A DNA stretch of 63,772 bases, counting the filler, from Chrysochromulina tobinii (Eukaryota): the NCBI GenBank assembly GCA_001275005.1. It is 8 parts of 8 records of this genome, joined end to end, with 100 filler letters (N's around TTAATTAATTAA, not from the genome) between each part and the next. Parts side by side here need not be neighbours in the genome. Positions count along the whole stretch, not along the records: positions 1 to 3,103 come from JWZX01000946.1; positions 3,204 to 11,838 come from JWZX01000947.1; 6 more parts are not named here. One strand, given 5' to 3'. Shown piece after piece: positions 1 to 11,938 of the stretch. The translations under genes and the position numbers were made by a program. Every line of letters starts with the position of its first letter. Within the stretch, counting starts at the first letter, position 1. The notes beneath the pieces are model-generated. The model made no database searches. It was not told where the DNA came from and was given only the letters and a program-made list of their open reading frames with translations.

Positions 1-3000
1 CCCTCACCCTCGCCGCCGCCGCCGCCCTCGCCTACCATCCTCGTGAGGGACGACTTCTCGACCGACGGCAACCTCGTGGGGTCGACGCCAGACGTGGGCC
101 GCGTGTGGGCAGCCCAAGCGGATGGTGCCGGCTCGGGCCCTGTCACTGTCAGTCAAGGCGCCATCACCGTAAGCAGCGCGTCTGCAGAGGACGTCTACAG
201 CAACTTCACAGCGGCCGTGTCTACGGGCTCGGTGTACGCCGGCATGGACATCAACCATGCCACCCCGTCTTCCCTTGAGGGCACCGCCGGCGTCACGGCC
301 TTACAGTGCCTTCGCGCACTTCAACTCCTTCACTGCGTCTGGCTCAGCCTCCGCATGTAACATTCGCACGACTGGCCACACCAGCACAGGCTACAAGCTG
401 AGGTTGGGGCAGTCCTTGACTGCCGAGATGGCGTATGGCACCACATACCGCCTGGTCTACAGCTTCGACACCGTTACCGACAAGTGCTCACTCTGGGTCA
501 ACCCCACCTCGGAGGCCTCCACGCGCATCATGACGGCTAACCCCATAGCGGCTGATACCACGATCAGCGCAGTCGCATTCCGGCAGACGAACTCGACACC
601 TCCCTGGGCCATCTCGATCCGCAACCTCATAGTCTCCACCACCTTCGCAGAAGCGTGTCCTCCTCCGCCGCCGCCCTCGCCCTCGCAGTTCCGCGCCAAC
701 CTGGGCGCTCTGATTGGCGTGAACATGAACTACATCACCATCCGTGTCAGCGCGGACAGCGCGCCCGGCAGTACCATCGTTCAGGCCACCGTGATAGTGC
801 CGGACCTCCCCGCCTCCCAGTCGGTTATGTCGGTGCTCAATGGTGCGAATAACACGGCCCATCTCTCCGCCAGCCTCGGCGTCAACGTCTCCTTGGTCAC
901 CGACGTCCAAACGACATCCTTTCTTGTGTCGGCGCCCTCGCCTCCACCACCCTCACCACCTCCTCCCTCGCCGCCGCCGTCGCCACCTCCCCCTTCACCG
1001 CCACCCTCACCACCACCGTCACCGCCACCGTTGCCTCCTCCGCCTTCGCCGCCGCCGCCCAGCCCGCCACCTTCTCCGCCTCCTCCCTCGCCGCCTCCCT
1101 CGCCGCCACCGCCCTCACCTCCTCCGTCGCCTCCACCTCCATCGCCACCGCCATCCCCGCCGCCGCCCTCACCTCCACCGGCGCCGCCGCCTTCATCACC
1201 ACCGCGGCCTTCGCCACCGCCATCCTCGCCGCCGCCCTCGCCACCGCCGTCGCCACCGCCGTCGCCGCCGCCTTCCCCATCACCCTCGCCTCCACCACCT
1301 TCACCGCCGTCCTCCCCACCCGGCGGGTACGGTGTGCCCGTCGTCTCGGCCACCTTCACCATCGCAGGTAATCCCTCCGACTTCACCGGCGCCCTTCAAG
1401 CGCAGTTCCGCGCCAACCTGGCCAGTCTGCTGGGCGTCAAGGTTAACGGTATCACCATCCGAGTCACCGCGGGCAGTACCATCCTTCTGGTCTCCATCAT
1501 CGTGCCGTCGCTCGACTCCGCCCAAGCGTCCACGTCCGCGCTCCAAGGCAACACGGCCCAGCTCTCCGCGAGCCTTGGCGTGACCATCACCTCGGTCAGC
1601 AACGTGGGTACGTCATCACAGGTGTTGTTGGCGCCCTCTCCACCACCTCCGTCGCCACCGCCGCCCTCGTGGCCATCCTTGCCGCCGCCTTCCAGCCCGC
1701 CACATTCTCCGCCTCCTCCCTCGCCGCCTCCCTCGCCGCCACCGCCCTCACCTCCTCCGTCGCCTCCACCTCCATCGCCTCCGCCATCCCCCCCTCCGCC
1801 ATCGCCCCAACCCTCGCCCTCCTCCGCCAAGCCCACCACCATCACCACCGCCGCCGTCGCCTCCGCCCTCGCCACCACCCCTTCACCGCCGCCGTCGCCT
1901 CCGCCACCCTCGCCGCCGCCCTCACCCCGCCGCCCTCGCCTCCGCCATCGCCGCCACCGCCGTCTCCTCCGCCTTCGCCACCTCCGCCCTCGCCTCCACC
2001 ACCTTCCCCCCCACCCTCGCCCCCACCACCTTCGCCGCCACCCGCCTCACCCGGTGGGTTGCCTGTGCTCGTCGTCCTGGCCACCTTCCGGATCGCAGGT
2101 GATGACTTCTCTCCCTCACCCTCGCCGCCGCCGCCGCCCTCGCCTACCATCCTCGTGAGGGACGACTTCTCGACCGACGGCAACCTCATGGGGTCGACGC
2201 CAGACGTGGGCGGCGTGTGGGCATTCCAAACGGATGGTCGTGATCCTACGGGTCAAGGCTCGGGCCCTGTCACTGTCAGTCAAGGCGCACTCACCGTAAG
2301 CACCGCGTTTGCAGAGGACTTCTACAGCAACTTGACAGCGGTAGTGTCTGCGGGCTCGGTGTACGCCGGTATGGACATCAACCATGCAACCCCGTCGTCG
2401 CCGAGTATCGTCCACGACAGTGGCTTGACGCACTTCAACGCCTTCCTTGGGACGTCTGGAGCAGCAAACTCACCAGTATGCCTCGTTCGCCTGGCTAGCC
2501 ACACTAGCACAGGCTACAAGCTGAGGTTGGGGAACAATGGTTACACTGCCGAGATGGCGTATGGCACCACGTACCGCCTGGTCTACAGCTTCGACACCGT
2601 TACCGACAAGTGCTCACTCTGGGTCAACCCCACCTCGGAGGCCTCCACGCGCATCATGACGGTTAACCCCGTCGCGGCTGATACCACGATCAGCGCAGTC
2701 GCATTCCGGCAGACGAACTCGACACCTCCCTGGGCCATCTCAATCCGCAACCTCATAGTTTCGACCACCTTCGCAGAAGCGTGTCCTCCTCCGCCGCCGC
2801 CCTCGCCCTCGTTCCGCGCCAACCTGGGCGCTCTGATTGGCGTGAACATGACCGACATCACCATCCGTGTCAGCGCGGACAGCGCGGCGGGCAGTACCAT
2901 CGTTCAGGCCACCATGATAGTGCCGGACCTCCCCGCCTCTCAGTCTGTGATGTCGGTGCTCAATGGTGCGAATAACACGGCCCATCTCTCCGCCAGCCTC

Positions 3001-3103
3001 GGCGTCAACGTCACCTCGGTCACCGACGTGCAAACGACATCCTTTTTTGTGTCGGCACCCTCGCCGCCGCCACCCTCACCACCTCCTCCCTCGCCGCCGC
3101 CGT
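1..3103 (+). CDS. Partial SPPP-rich modular surface protein (two beta-rich ~170-aa modules plus three SEA-like modules); apparent frameshifts near 270-295 and 1800-1925
   Basis: ORFs 43..360, 257..2158 and 1669..3103 carry near-identical modules (RDDFSTDGNL...YGTTYRLVYSFD...LWVNPTSE; FRANLGALIGV...ITIRV..GST) separated by (SPPP)n. Open at both contig ends. Confidence 0.75.
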
Positions 3104-3203
3104 NNNNNNNNNNNNNNNNNNNNNNNNNNNNNNNNNNNNNNNNNNNNTTAATTAATTAANNNNNNNNNNNNNNNNNNNNNNNNNNNNNNNNNNNNNNNNN
3201 NNN
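3104..3203. other. Artificial contig spacer
   Basis: N44-TTAATTAATTAA-N44, stops in all six frames. Confidence 0.98.
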
Positions 3204-3979
3204 CGCCGCCGCCGCCGCCGAGCTCCAGGTTGACCGCTGGCTCGTGCCTGCGTACCAATGGAGGCGCCGACAGAATCCAAAGCCCCGGCTACAAGTTCTA
3301 TGCCGTGATGCAGAAGGATGGTAATTTTGTCGTGTACTCCACTGCCGGGGCAGTCATATGGAACACGGGCACAAGCGCCCCCTCAGTCACGGCGGATTAT
3401 GAGCTGTGCATGCAATCCGACAAGAATCTCGTCCTTTACAGGTTGACCCCGGGTCAGCCAAACAAGTATCTCTGGGCCAATCACCAATCCTCTCCTCACG
3501 CATTCACAGGATATCTCCAGATGCAGGACGATGGCATGCTCGTCCAGTACGACCCAAGCGACAAGGCCCTCTGGTCGATTCCGCACGGCACTTACAACCT
3601 CCCCGACGGCGTTTACAGCATTAAGGGAGGCCGCGACAACAAGTACTGCGCGGACGAGAACAACCAGATCGTTTGCAACCGTAATGAGGCCCAGGGCTGG
3701 GAAAAGTTCCGTCTCACGAAGCTGAGCGACAGCACGTACTCGTTCGCCCTCCAGGGAGGCCGCGCCAACAAGTACTGCGCCGACGAGTCCCAAAAGGTCA
3801 TCTGCGATCGTAACTCGGCCGGCGCCTGGGAGAAGTTCAGGATCGAGCAGCAGCCAGACGGCACGTACGGAATCAAGGGAGGCCGCAACAACAAGTACTG
3901 CGCCGACGAGCCCAGCAAGATGATCTGCGATCGTGGCAATGTCGGAGGCTGGGAGAAGTTCACGATCTCGCCTGCCTAA
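3204..3979 (+). CDS. 5'-partial protein: bulb-type (B-)lectin domain plus three beta-trefoil/fascin-like repeats
   Basis: QxDxNxVxY-type motifs (MQKDGNFVVY, MQSDKNLVLY, MQDDGMLVQY), then 3x DGxYxIKGGRxNKYCADE...C.R...WEKF; stop at 3977-3979. Confidence 0.85.
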
Positions 3980-4077
3980 TCCGAGATCGTGATCTCGCCC
4001 GCCGAAGGTCCGAGATCGTGATCTCGCCGGCCGAGTCCGAGATCGTGATCTCGTCCGCTGAGTCCGAGATCGTGATC
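3980..4077. repeat. Four copies of palindromic TCCGAGATCGTGATCTCG (last truncated) with 9-11-nt spacers
   Basis: CGAGATC-GT-GATCTCG is a perfect inverted repeat; array starts immediately after the lectin stop codon. Confidence 0.9.
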
Positions 4078-4089
4078 CATCGAATGGCC

Positions 4090-4300
4090 GTGTGAGGGAG
4101 AGAGGGGAGGAGGTGGCCATCGTGGCGGCCTCGCTCAGGGAGGGCAGCAGATCTGCGGCGTGTGGCGGGCTGGAAACGTGTCCGCTACGTGTGAATCTGT
4201 TGACGTGTGAGGGAGGGGAGGAGGTGGCCATCGTGGCGGCCTCGTTCAGGGAGGGCAGCAGATCTGTGGTGTGTGGTGGGCTGGAAACGTGTCCGCTACG
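4090..4300. repeat. Two-copy direct repeat (~100 nt)
   Basis: cgtgtgaggga...ggaaacgtgtccgctacg at ~4090-4188 and ~4204-4300. Confidence 0.85.
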
Positions 4301-5039
4301 CTACGAGTAAATCTTTAAACGTGTGACGAGCGGAGGGCAACACTGACGATTGAGGTCCTGGGACTCACTCTCGTGGCGGCCCGCGCCAGCAATGAGCAAA
4401 CGAAGCACGGCGCGCGCGCCCCAGATACATGAGCAGCAGAGTAGAGAGTTTACAGTTCCGCTCAAAAAGCCGCGCTGGGGTTCTGTTCTCCAGAGTCCAG
4501 TATAATTCACTATTCAGAGAGGGGAGAGCTCACCTACCTCGTAGTGCCTTCCATCGTGCAAGGTACACGACATCAACATCGACCGTCAAGAGAAACGGAC
4601 GAGAAGGCGCTACCGAGCGCCAACGACGCCTCTCTTGAGAACTAACTCCTGTGAAACGAGTTGGGATTGCTTAGCTGATCACGTGAGGGTCCTAAGATCA
4701 CGTGGGGATCCCACTGCTTGGGCGGGGCTTTGGCCGCGCGCAGGCTCTGGATGGTTGAGGGGCCCAGCGGCCGCGCCGGCGGGCGGGCCGGCGGCGTGCA
4801 CGCCGACAGCTGGGTGCGTGTCTGATCAGTGTAGGTCACGCTTCCAATTGTCCAGTGTAGGAGTAGGTCCCCCACCAAAAGCCCCAGGATTATAACCACA
4901 CAACGGCCGGGCTTATCTGAAAGGGTGGTCGTTTACTTCTGATCCTATTGTGCACAATAGTCAGCTTCGTACAGCCGTACGCACTGCGCGCCGTACGCAC
5001 TGCGCTTTAGCCTTTCGACTCCTCGAGCGCCCAATGCGC

Positions 5040-8000
5040 CTAGTCGCCTCCCCAAACCGCCGCCGCCGCTCCGCCTGCACGCCGCCCGGACGCCCGGCGC
5101 CCAGCTCCGCCGCCCACAAACGGAACGAGGCCGGTGCCGAGGCCGGTGCCGTGGCCGAGGCCGGTGCCGGTGCCGGTGCCGGTACCGAGGCCGAGGCCGA
5201 GGCCGAGGCCGCCGGCGCCGGTGCCGTTGCCGGTGCCGAGCCCTAGCCCGAGCCCTACGAATGTAGCCGCCGCGCGTACATCATGCGCCGAGCGCCCCCA
5301 AAAGGCGGCAGTGGGCTGGGTGGCCTCCAAGCGCACAGTGGCGGCGGCGGCGGCGGCACTAGGAGCGGCACTGTGCGCTTGGCGCCGCCGGCGTGCAGCT
5401 GCGCGCAGGCAGACTCGGAGGGAGCGGCTCGGAGGGATCGGCTCCGGCACGGCAAAGCTCACCAGCTCCCCAGATGGTGTGTGCGCATAGAGCACCTGCC
5501 CTGCCATGACCTCCGCGGGCAAAGGCACGTCAAACTCCTCGGCTGTGGCGTCGAATGGCGCCGTCCCGAGCGCCGTGCCGAAGGGCACCACACTCAACTC
5601 CAAAGATGGCAACTCCGGAGTGCGGCCTTCGCCTTCGCCTTCGCCTTCGCCTTCGCCGCCTGCATCGGCCGTGAGCGCCGCGGTGAGCGCCGGCGCACAC
5701 GCGAGCGTCTGCCCAGGCCCGCAAGCCATCGGCAGCTCGAGTATGCACCGCTTACCCTCCAATTCCACAGCCAGCAAGCGCGAGGGCGGCACCGGCTCGG
5801 GCACTGTGACGGTGTAGCGCCGCTGGCCGGCTTGCGAGATGCGCGTTGTCGTGAGCACCGGCCCAAGCGACGCGCCGGGAGCGGGCGGCGGCGATGGCGG
5901 CAGCACGCGAAAGCGCACGCGCTCGCCTCCACGCACGTCCTCGGGCACATAAAGCGCGACCAACTCGTCGGCGTCGGAGGCACGAGCATTCACGCCAGCA
6001 TTCACGCCAGCGTTCACGCCAGCATTCACGCCATCATTCACGCCATCGCGTGAGTCGCCGACGGCCGACGAGGGCGCCGTGGCGGGCACATAGGGCGCCG
6101 TGGCGGGCAGCTGCGCCAGGACGAACTGGCCGCGCCGCGCCGTCGCGGGCAGGAGCATTTCCCACACAGGCCCCGCGGCCGCAGCCTCGGCAGGTGCGCC
6201 GGGGTCTTTTTCGAAGTCGAGCGCCGGGTACGCGAGGCCGCATGCAAGCATGCATGCAGGGGCGGAACTCTCAATCTCCGGGGCGGAGCTCGCAATCTCC
6301 GAGGCGGAGCTCGCGATCTCGGGGGGGGCGTGCAGCGCAAGTGGCTGACGACGGCGGATGACGGCGGCTGATGACGGAGGCCTGGCCGCCGTGCCTGCAC
6401 CGCCGCCATCGGCCCTCCGGAGCCGTTGGCCCCCCGGAGCCGTTGCATGCGGGATGGCCAGCCGGAGCCGTTGGCCCTCCGGAGCCGTTGCATGCGGGAT
6501 GGCCATCAGGAGCCGTTGGCGCGGCGCCGAGACCCACAGCGGGCCGCCCGACCAGTCGGGCTTCGTACGTAGCGTGAGCATGTACGAGCCGACGCTGACG
6601 CGAAAGCAGCCTCCTGGGCAGGTGCCGGGGGGGGGGCGTACCCACACGCAGGTGCGGCCGTCAAGGGCAGAGGCGAGGTCGTCCAGCTGACGAGCGAGTG
6701 ATGCGGGTGAGAGGGGGCGAGGCCACGCCCCGTCCTCATTCACAGCGTCGTCCATGTGGTTCACAGTGGCCTCGTCCAGCGCCGCCTCCGACGCGCCCTC
6801 ATCAAACGACGTGGGGGGCGGCGGAGACCCAGATCGAGATCGAGATCTAGATCTAGATCTGACGAGATTCCTGCCCCTCTCCGGGATTGCCATCTCGGGC
6901 TGAGGCTCGGATCGGGATGGTAAAGCACCGCCAACGTCCATCGCACTCTCCTTCTGCGCTCCCGCCGAGTTTGCCATCCCCCGCCGAGATGGCATTCTCG
7001 CACTCTTCTTCTGCGCTCCCGCCGAGGACGCCGCCACCTCCGCCGCCTCCACCTCCGGCTCCGCCACCGCCTCCTCCGCCACCGACAACTCCACCTCCGC
7101 CCCTGCCAGCGTGTTGTTTCCACCAGCTATTCGCTGGCGCTGGCTAAGCCGACTGCCTTCACGCTCCCTGCCCACTCGACGCTTGGCGCCCACGGCAGCG
7201 CCTTCACGCTCACAGCCTACTCGACCCTTGGCGCCCACGGCAGCGCCTTCACGCTCACAGCCTACTCGACCCTTGGCGCCAACGGCCGCTTGGCAGTGGT
7301 GTAGGTTGGCGCCCACGGCAGCGCCAAGCGTCTCTGTGGAGACTTCTGAGACTTCTGAGACTTCTGCCCCATGGGACTTCTGTAGGTCCAATTGAGGCAC
7401 GTGTCCGATACTTGTGGAGGTTGACGGAGACTCAGAAGTTGCGGACGCATCTCGAGCGATCTCGTCCCTTCTCGCCGCCGCTCCGGGCGCCTGCGCTGCC
7501 GCCTCCGCCTCCACCGCCCCCAAGTCCGTTTGCCTAACTGCCGCCTCCGCCGTAACGGCAGTAACTGCCGTCACTGCCGCCTCCGCCGTGGCGGCCGCCG
7601 CTGGCGCCGGCGCCGGCGCCGACGTCGCCGCCCCCGCCTCCGCCTCCGTCTCCGCCGCGGCGGCCTCAAAAGAAGGTGCCATCAGCAATCGCACCTCCTC
7701 CTCTGATGACCTCTCTTGATTGCTCCCCTCATCAGGTGCCATCAGCAATCGCACCTCCTCCTCTGCCGCCAGGCCAGGGGCCGACGGCTCCGCTGCCGAC
7801 GGCTCCGCTGCCGACGACGCGGCCGCCGCGCGCGTCTTGCCTAATTTGGAAGTCGACCGCTCCTGCCTAATTTGGAGCATCGGCACGCCACTCGCCTCCG
7901 ATCTGGCCTTCGCGAGATTGTTATAGTACTTGCCGTTCGGGTCGAAGTAGCCGATTTGACGAACCTCGCTCCGCAATTGACCGCTGCGAGAGCAGGTCAC

Positions 8001-11000
8001 CACTTCAGTAGGTTCCCGCACGCGCCGCCAGCCAGCCTCGTACGCACCTGATGAGGGAGGCGATCAGAAGAGGTCATCAGAGGCACTCAGAGGGCACTGG
8101 GCACACGCGCTCGCCCAGCCGTGCTCGAAACGGCGCTCGAAACACATACCTTCACAGAGCAGCCTGTTCAGCGTCCGCTTCTCCTTCGCCTCCGCCGCCT
8201 CCCTCGCTCCCTTCTCGCAGGCCTCCGCCTGCAGCCGGCGCTCAAGACGGCGCTCGGCCTCGGCGTCGTCATGCGAGAGACAGCGCAGCCTTGCCACCGG
8301 CAATCGGACCGACCCTTGCCCTCGGTAGCTCCTGGGCACGCGCACCTGATGAGGCAGGCAATCGGAGGTCATCAGAGGGCCGCGGTGGTCTCTCAGAGGT
8401 AATCAGAGGCATCCCGAGATTAGTATCTCGTCGCATCTCATCGCATCTCGTCGCATCTCATCGCATCTCGTCACCTCGACGTAGCCCGTGTCGCTGAGCT
8501 CGGAAGGCACGACGAGGGACTCGCCCGCAACGGCGCTCGTCGGGATCTCGAGCGTCACGAGATTCGCCACGTAACCGCTCCAACGGCCGTACGTGCGCTC
8601 GTCCGGATGCGCGCCGTCATGGGCACCTTCGTCGTCCTCGTCTGCGCCGTCGTCCTCGTCTGCGCCGTCGTGGGCACCCTCGTCGTCCTCGTTCGCGTGG
8701 TGGGCACCCTCGGTATCGCCCTCGCCGCCGCCCTCGCCCTCGCCGCCGCCGCCCTCGCCGCCGCCGCCCTCGCCGCCGCCCTCGCCCTCACCCTCGCCCG
8801 CGAACCCACCCTCTCCCTCCGCGCCCGGGACGACGCCCAAGAGCCCCGCGTCGCCGTTGACCGCGCGCACGACCGCCGCGCGGCGCGCCTGCAGCCGGGC
8901 GCGCTCGAGCTCGATGCGATCTCGCACGAGTCGATTAGATCGCTCATCAGCAGTTTCGTCATTCAGCTCGTCGAGGATGCGCCAGATCACGCCTCCCTTG
9001 CGAAGGCACGCGCTCTCGAACCACCCTGCGCCCGCCGGCGGCGGCAGCGCGCGGTCATAGACGCGCGCGCCGGACGCGTCGAAAGGGTGCAGCGCCAAGG
9101 CAGCGCCCGGTACGGCGCCATCCATCGCCGCGTCGGAAGGGTGCAGCGCCAAGGCAGCGCCCGGGACGGCGCCAACGGGGCCGCCGGAGGTCAGCCTTGC
9201 ATTGCCATCGCCGGCGGGCCCCAACCAGGCCCCCAACCAGCCCTGCGCCGGCGCGCCTGCCGCTGCCGCCGCCGGCGGTGCCGATGGCGCCGTACCGGGC
9301 GCGGGGGTGGCGCTCGACACGGCGTGCCACGTGTACATGGAGAGGGCGCCCTGGAGCAAACCGTTGGCCTCCTTCGGCTCAATAGGCGCCCGGTACGGCG
9401 CTGGGAAGGACGCCCGGGACGGCGCTTGTGGGGATCGGTGCGCACCGCCGCCATCGCGCGCTGTCCCGAGCACCCCCGCGGCCACGCGCTCACTGGAGGT
9501 GTGAAGGTCACTCGGGGTGTGAAGGTCCTCAAGCGAGTCCCAAACTAGGGGATCGAGCGAGTCCCACACATTTGGCGTGGACTCAAAGTGCGTCGTGTCG
9601 TCCTCCTCCTCCTCGTCGTCCTCGTCGTCGTCGTCGTCGCCGTCGCCGCCGCCGAGGCCGCCCAAGACGGCGCCGAGGCCGCCGCGGTCGGCGCACATCG
9701 CCCAAGACGGCGCGCGCCGCCGCCCACCCGCCGCTGCCGTCGCCGCGTCTGCCGCGACGCGCTTCAGATGAGCTCTCCAATCAAGCCAACGATCATTGAC
9801 CACCTGGTTTCGTCACATGGTGAACGCGGTTTCGTCACATGGTGAACGCGGTTTCGTCACATGGTGTGCGCGGTTACGTCACATGGTGGGCGCGGTTTCG
9901 TCACATGGTGGGCGCGGTTTCGTCATATGGTGGCGCACCAGCAGCCGAGTTCGCAATGGCCATCGACGGTAATCAATGTTCATCAATGTTCATCAATGTT
10001 CATCAATAGCAATCACCTTGTGTACGCCAGAAGGCACCTCGGTGAACCAATGCATGCTGAGAGGCGGCGGCGCCGTCGTGAGCGCCGCCAATCGACCTCG
10101 ACCTCGATCTCGATCTCGATCTCGATCTCGACGCACCTGCTCCTCAGCCTCGCCCGACCAGAGCGAAGGCACCCGTTCGGCTCGCGGACCCTCGAGCGTG
10201 CAACTGAGGGTGCTGAGCGGCCCGTGCTCGCTCGTGAGCGTCTCGTGTCGGCAGAGGTGGAAGCTAGCAAACGGGCGCCACAGAGGGCCAACGGGTGCCC
10301 GCCACGGCGTTCGGTGCATGCGCTCGCGCCACGTCGACGTGAGCGGGCTCGCCGCCTCCGCCTCCGCCTCCGCCTCCGCCTCCGCCTCCACCTCCGCCTC
10401 CGCCGCCGCCGCCGCCTCCGCCTCCGCTGCCGCCGCCTCCGCCGCCGCCGCCTCCTTCCCCGCTTCCTTCTCCGCCTCCTTCTCCGCCTCCACTTCTTCA
10501 GCTTCTTCTTCAGCGTCGGCGACGCGGGCGCGCTTGGCCCACGGAGCGGCTAGAGGCAGCCTCGCGGCCTCCGAGTACACGGGCAGCGCGCGGAACGTGT
10601 ACGGCTGACCGCTCTCGATTCGGTGCGCACAGTCCGGGTTGACACACTTGAAGCGGTACTTGCCCGCGCGCCCTGTGCCGTTGCTCTTGGCGACCTCGTC
10701 GCAGTTCGGGCACTTGTTGATGAGGTGTTGGTGCTTCTTCTTCCTCACCGCGCTCGGTACGGCGCTCGTTCCTGCGCTCGGTACGGCGCTCGGGATGGCG
10801 CTCGGGATGGCGCTTAGGTGTTGGTGCTTCTTCTTCCCCGCCGGCGCCGCCGCGGGCGCATCCGCTGCCGCACTCGCCGCCGCGCTCGGTACGGCGCTCG
10901 GTACGGCGCTCGGTACGGCGCTCGGTCCGGCGCTCGGTCCGGCGCTCGGTCCGGCGCTCGGCAGTCTGCGACGTTTCGCATGGCGCTTGGCATCGCGCTC

Positions 11001-11729
11001 GGCATGGCGCTTGGCGGCGGGCGCATCAGCGGGCGCGTCAGCGGGCGCATCAGCGGGCGCGTCAGCGGGCGCGTTCGCGGGCGCTTCAGCGGACGCCGCC
11101 GAGCCAACTTTGGATGGAGCCGCCGGTCCGACGTCCATCGAGGAGGCCCGACGAAGCGGCGGCTTCTCCGACCCAACTCCCTCTGTCCTCACAGCACGTG
11201 GCCGCTTGCTCTTGGCGTCGGCCTTGGCGTCGTCGGCCTTGGCGTCGTCGGCCTTAGCCTCAGCCGCCGCGGACGCCTTCGGCTTGGCTGCAGCGCCATT
11301 GGCCACCTTCTCCTCCTTTTCGATTTCCTGTAAGAGGGCATCACGTGCCTCTTCGACACGCTTGGAGGCGTCTTCTGCATCGGGCGCATGGCAGCGATCA
11401 GGGTGCACCTCGAAGATCACTGCCTTCCACGCCTGTTTGATGCTAGCCGATGTTAGCCTCCGGTCGGCAGGCAGCCGCAGCACCGCCCTCCAATCTGCGG
11501 CCCCGGCCTCCATGATGCGAGCCACCGAAGCCGCCGCCGCCGCCGCGAGGGCGTCCATCTTTTGTCTCTTCGGCCGATCTTCGGTAAACTGCACGCAGCA
11601 CATGGGCTCTTTATGCCATTTGCCAAGCGTGCAGCCTGTCTGGATGTCGCAAGGGCCCCACTTGAATGCGTCATGAGACGTGGGTGCCCCCGTCGGCACC
11701 GCGGCGTGATTTTGTATCTCTCCCGCCAT
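5040..11729 (-). CDS. Multi-exon ~2,100-aa J-domain protein with CxxC zinc ribbon and repeated 'V.VP.G..PG..F.V' beta modules (exons 11729-10017, 9803-8475, 8345-~8105, 8047-5040)
   Basis: HPD motif in J-domain context (WRAVLRL...IKQAWKAVIFEVHPDR), CPNC...CVNPDC. In-frame splices join the ORFs: GVHK|VVNDRW and GYVE|VRVPRS. Confidence 0.7.
8048..8104 (-). other. Intron, decamer-array family (donor uncertain: 8104 GT or 8119 GC)
   Basis: Acceptor ctgatcgcctccctcatcAG|GT; phase 1 restores the 5040..8021 frame. Confidence 0.55.
8346..8474 (-). other. Intron, decamer-array family (GAG|GTGACG...gcctcatCAG|GTG)
   Basis: Phase-0 splice joins two ORFs; contains (GAGATGCGAY)n and CTCTGAT units. Confidence 0.85.
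9804..10016 (-). other. Intron with two tandem arrays (10-mer CATTGATGAA x3; 22-mer CCATGTGACGAAACCGCG.. x~6)
   Basis: AAG|GTGATT...aaacCAG|GTG; phase-0 join of ORFs 9993..11729 and 8403..9803. Confidence 0.85.
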
Positions 11730-11838
11730 CGCGATGTGGCCCAGGAATCGGTACTGTATCGTGGAGCCTGTGTTTGGGGGGCTTGGGCCCGCAACGTATC
11801 GATCGGCCGAGGCACCCGTCGTTTCAGAAGTCAGAAGA

Positions 11839-11938
11839 NNNNNNNNNNNNNNNNNNNNNNNNNNNNNNNNNNNNNNNNNNNNTTAATTAATTAANNNNNN
11901 NNNNNNNNNNNNNNNNNNNNNNNNNNNNNNNNNNNNNN
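11839..11938. other. Artificial contig spacer
   Basis: N44-TTAATTAATTAA-N44. Confidence 0.98.

Noticed and set aside
3104..3203. Recurrent TTAATTAATTAA motif and ORFs ending in 'LIN'
   Set aside because: Identical synthetic N-padded spacer at seven places; not biological, and cross-spacer synteny was not interpreted
3980..4077. CRISPR-like palindromic repeats with spacers
   Set aside because: Spacers are only 9-11 nt and similar to each other, there are no cas genes, and the context is eukaryotic
9804..9960. 22-nt repeat as CRISPR array or iterons
   Set aside because: Head-to-tail minisatellite with no unique spacers, inside an intron
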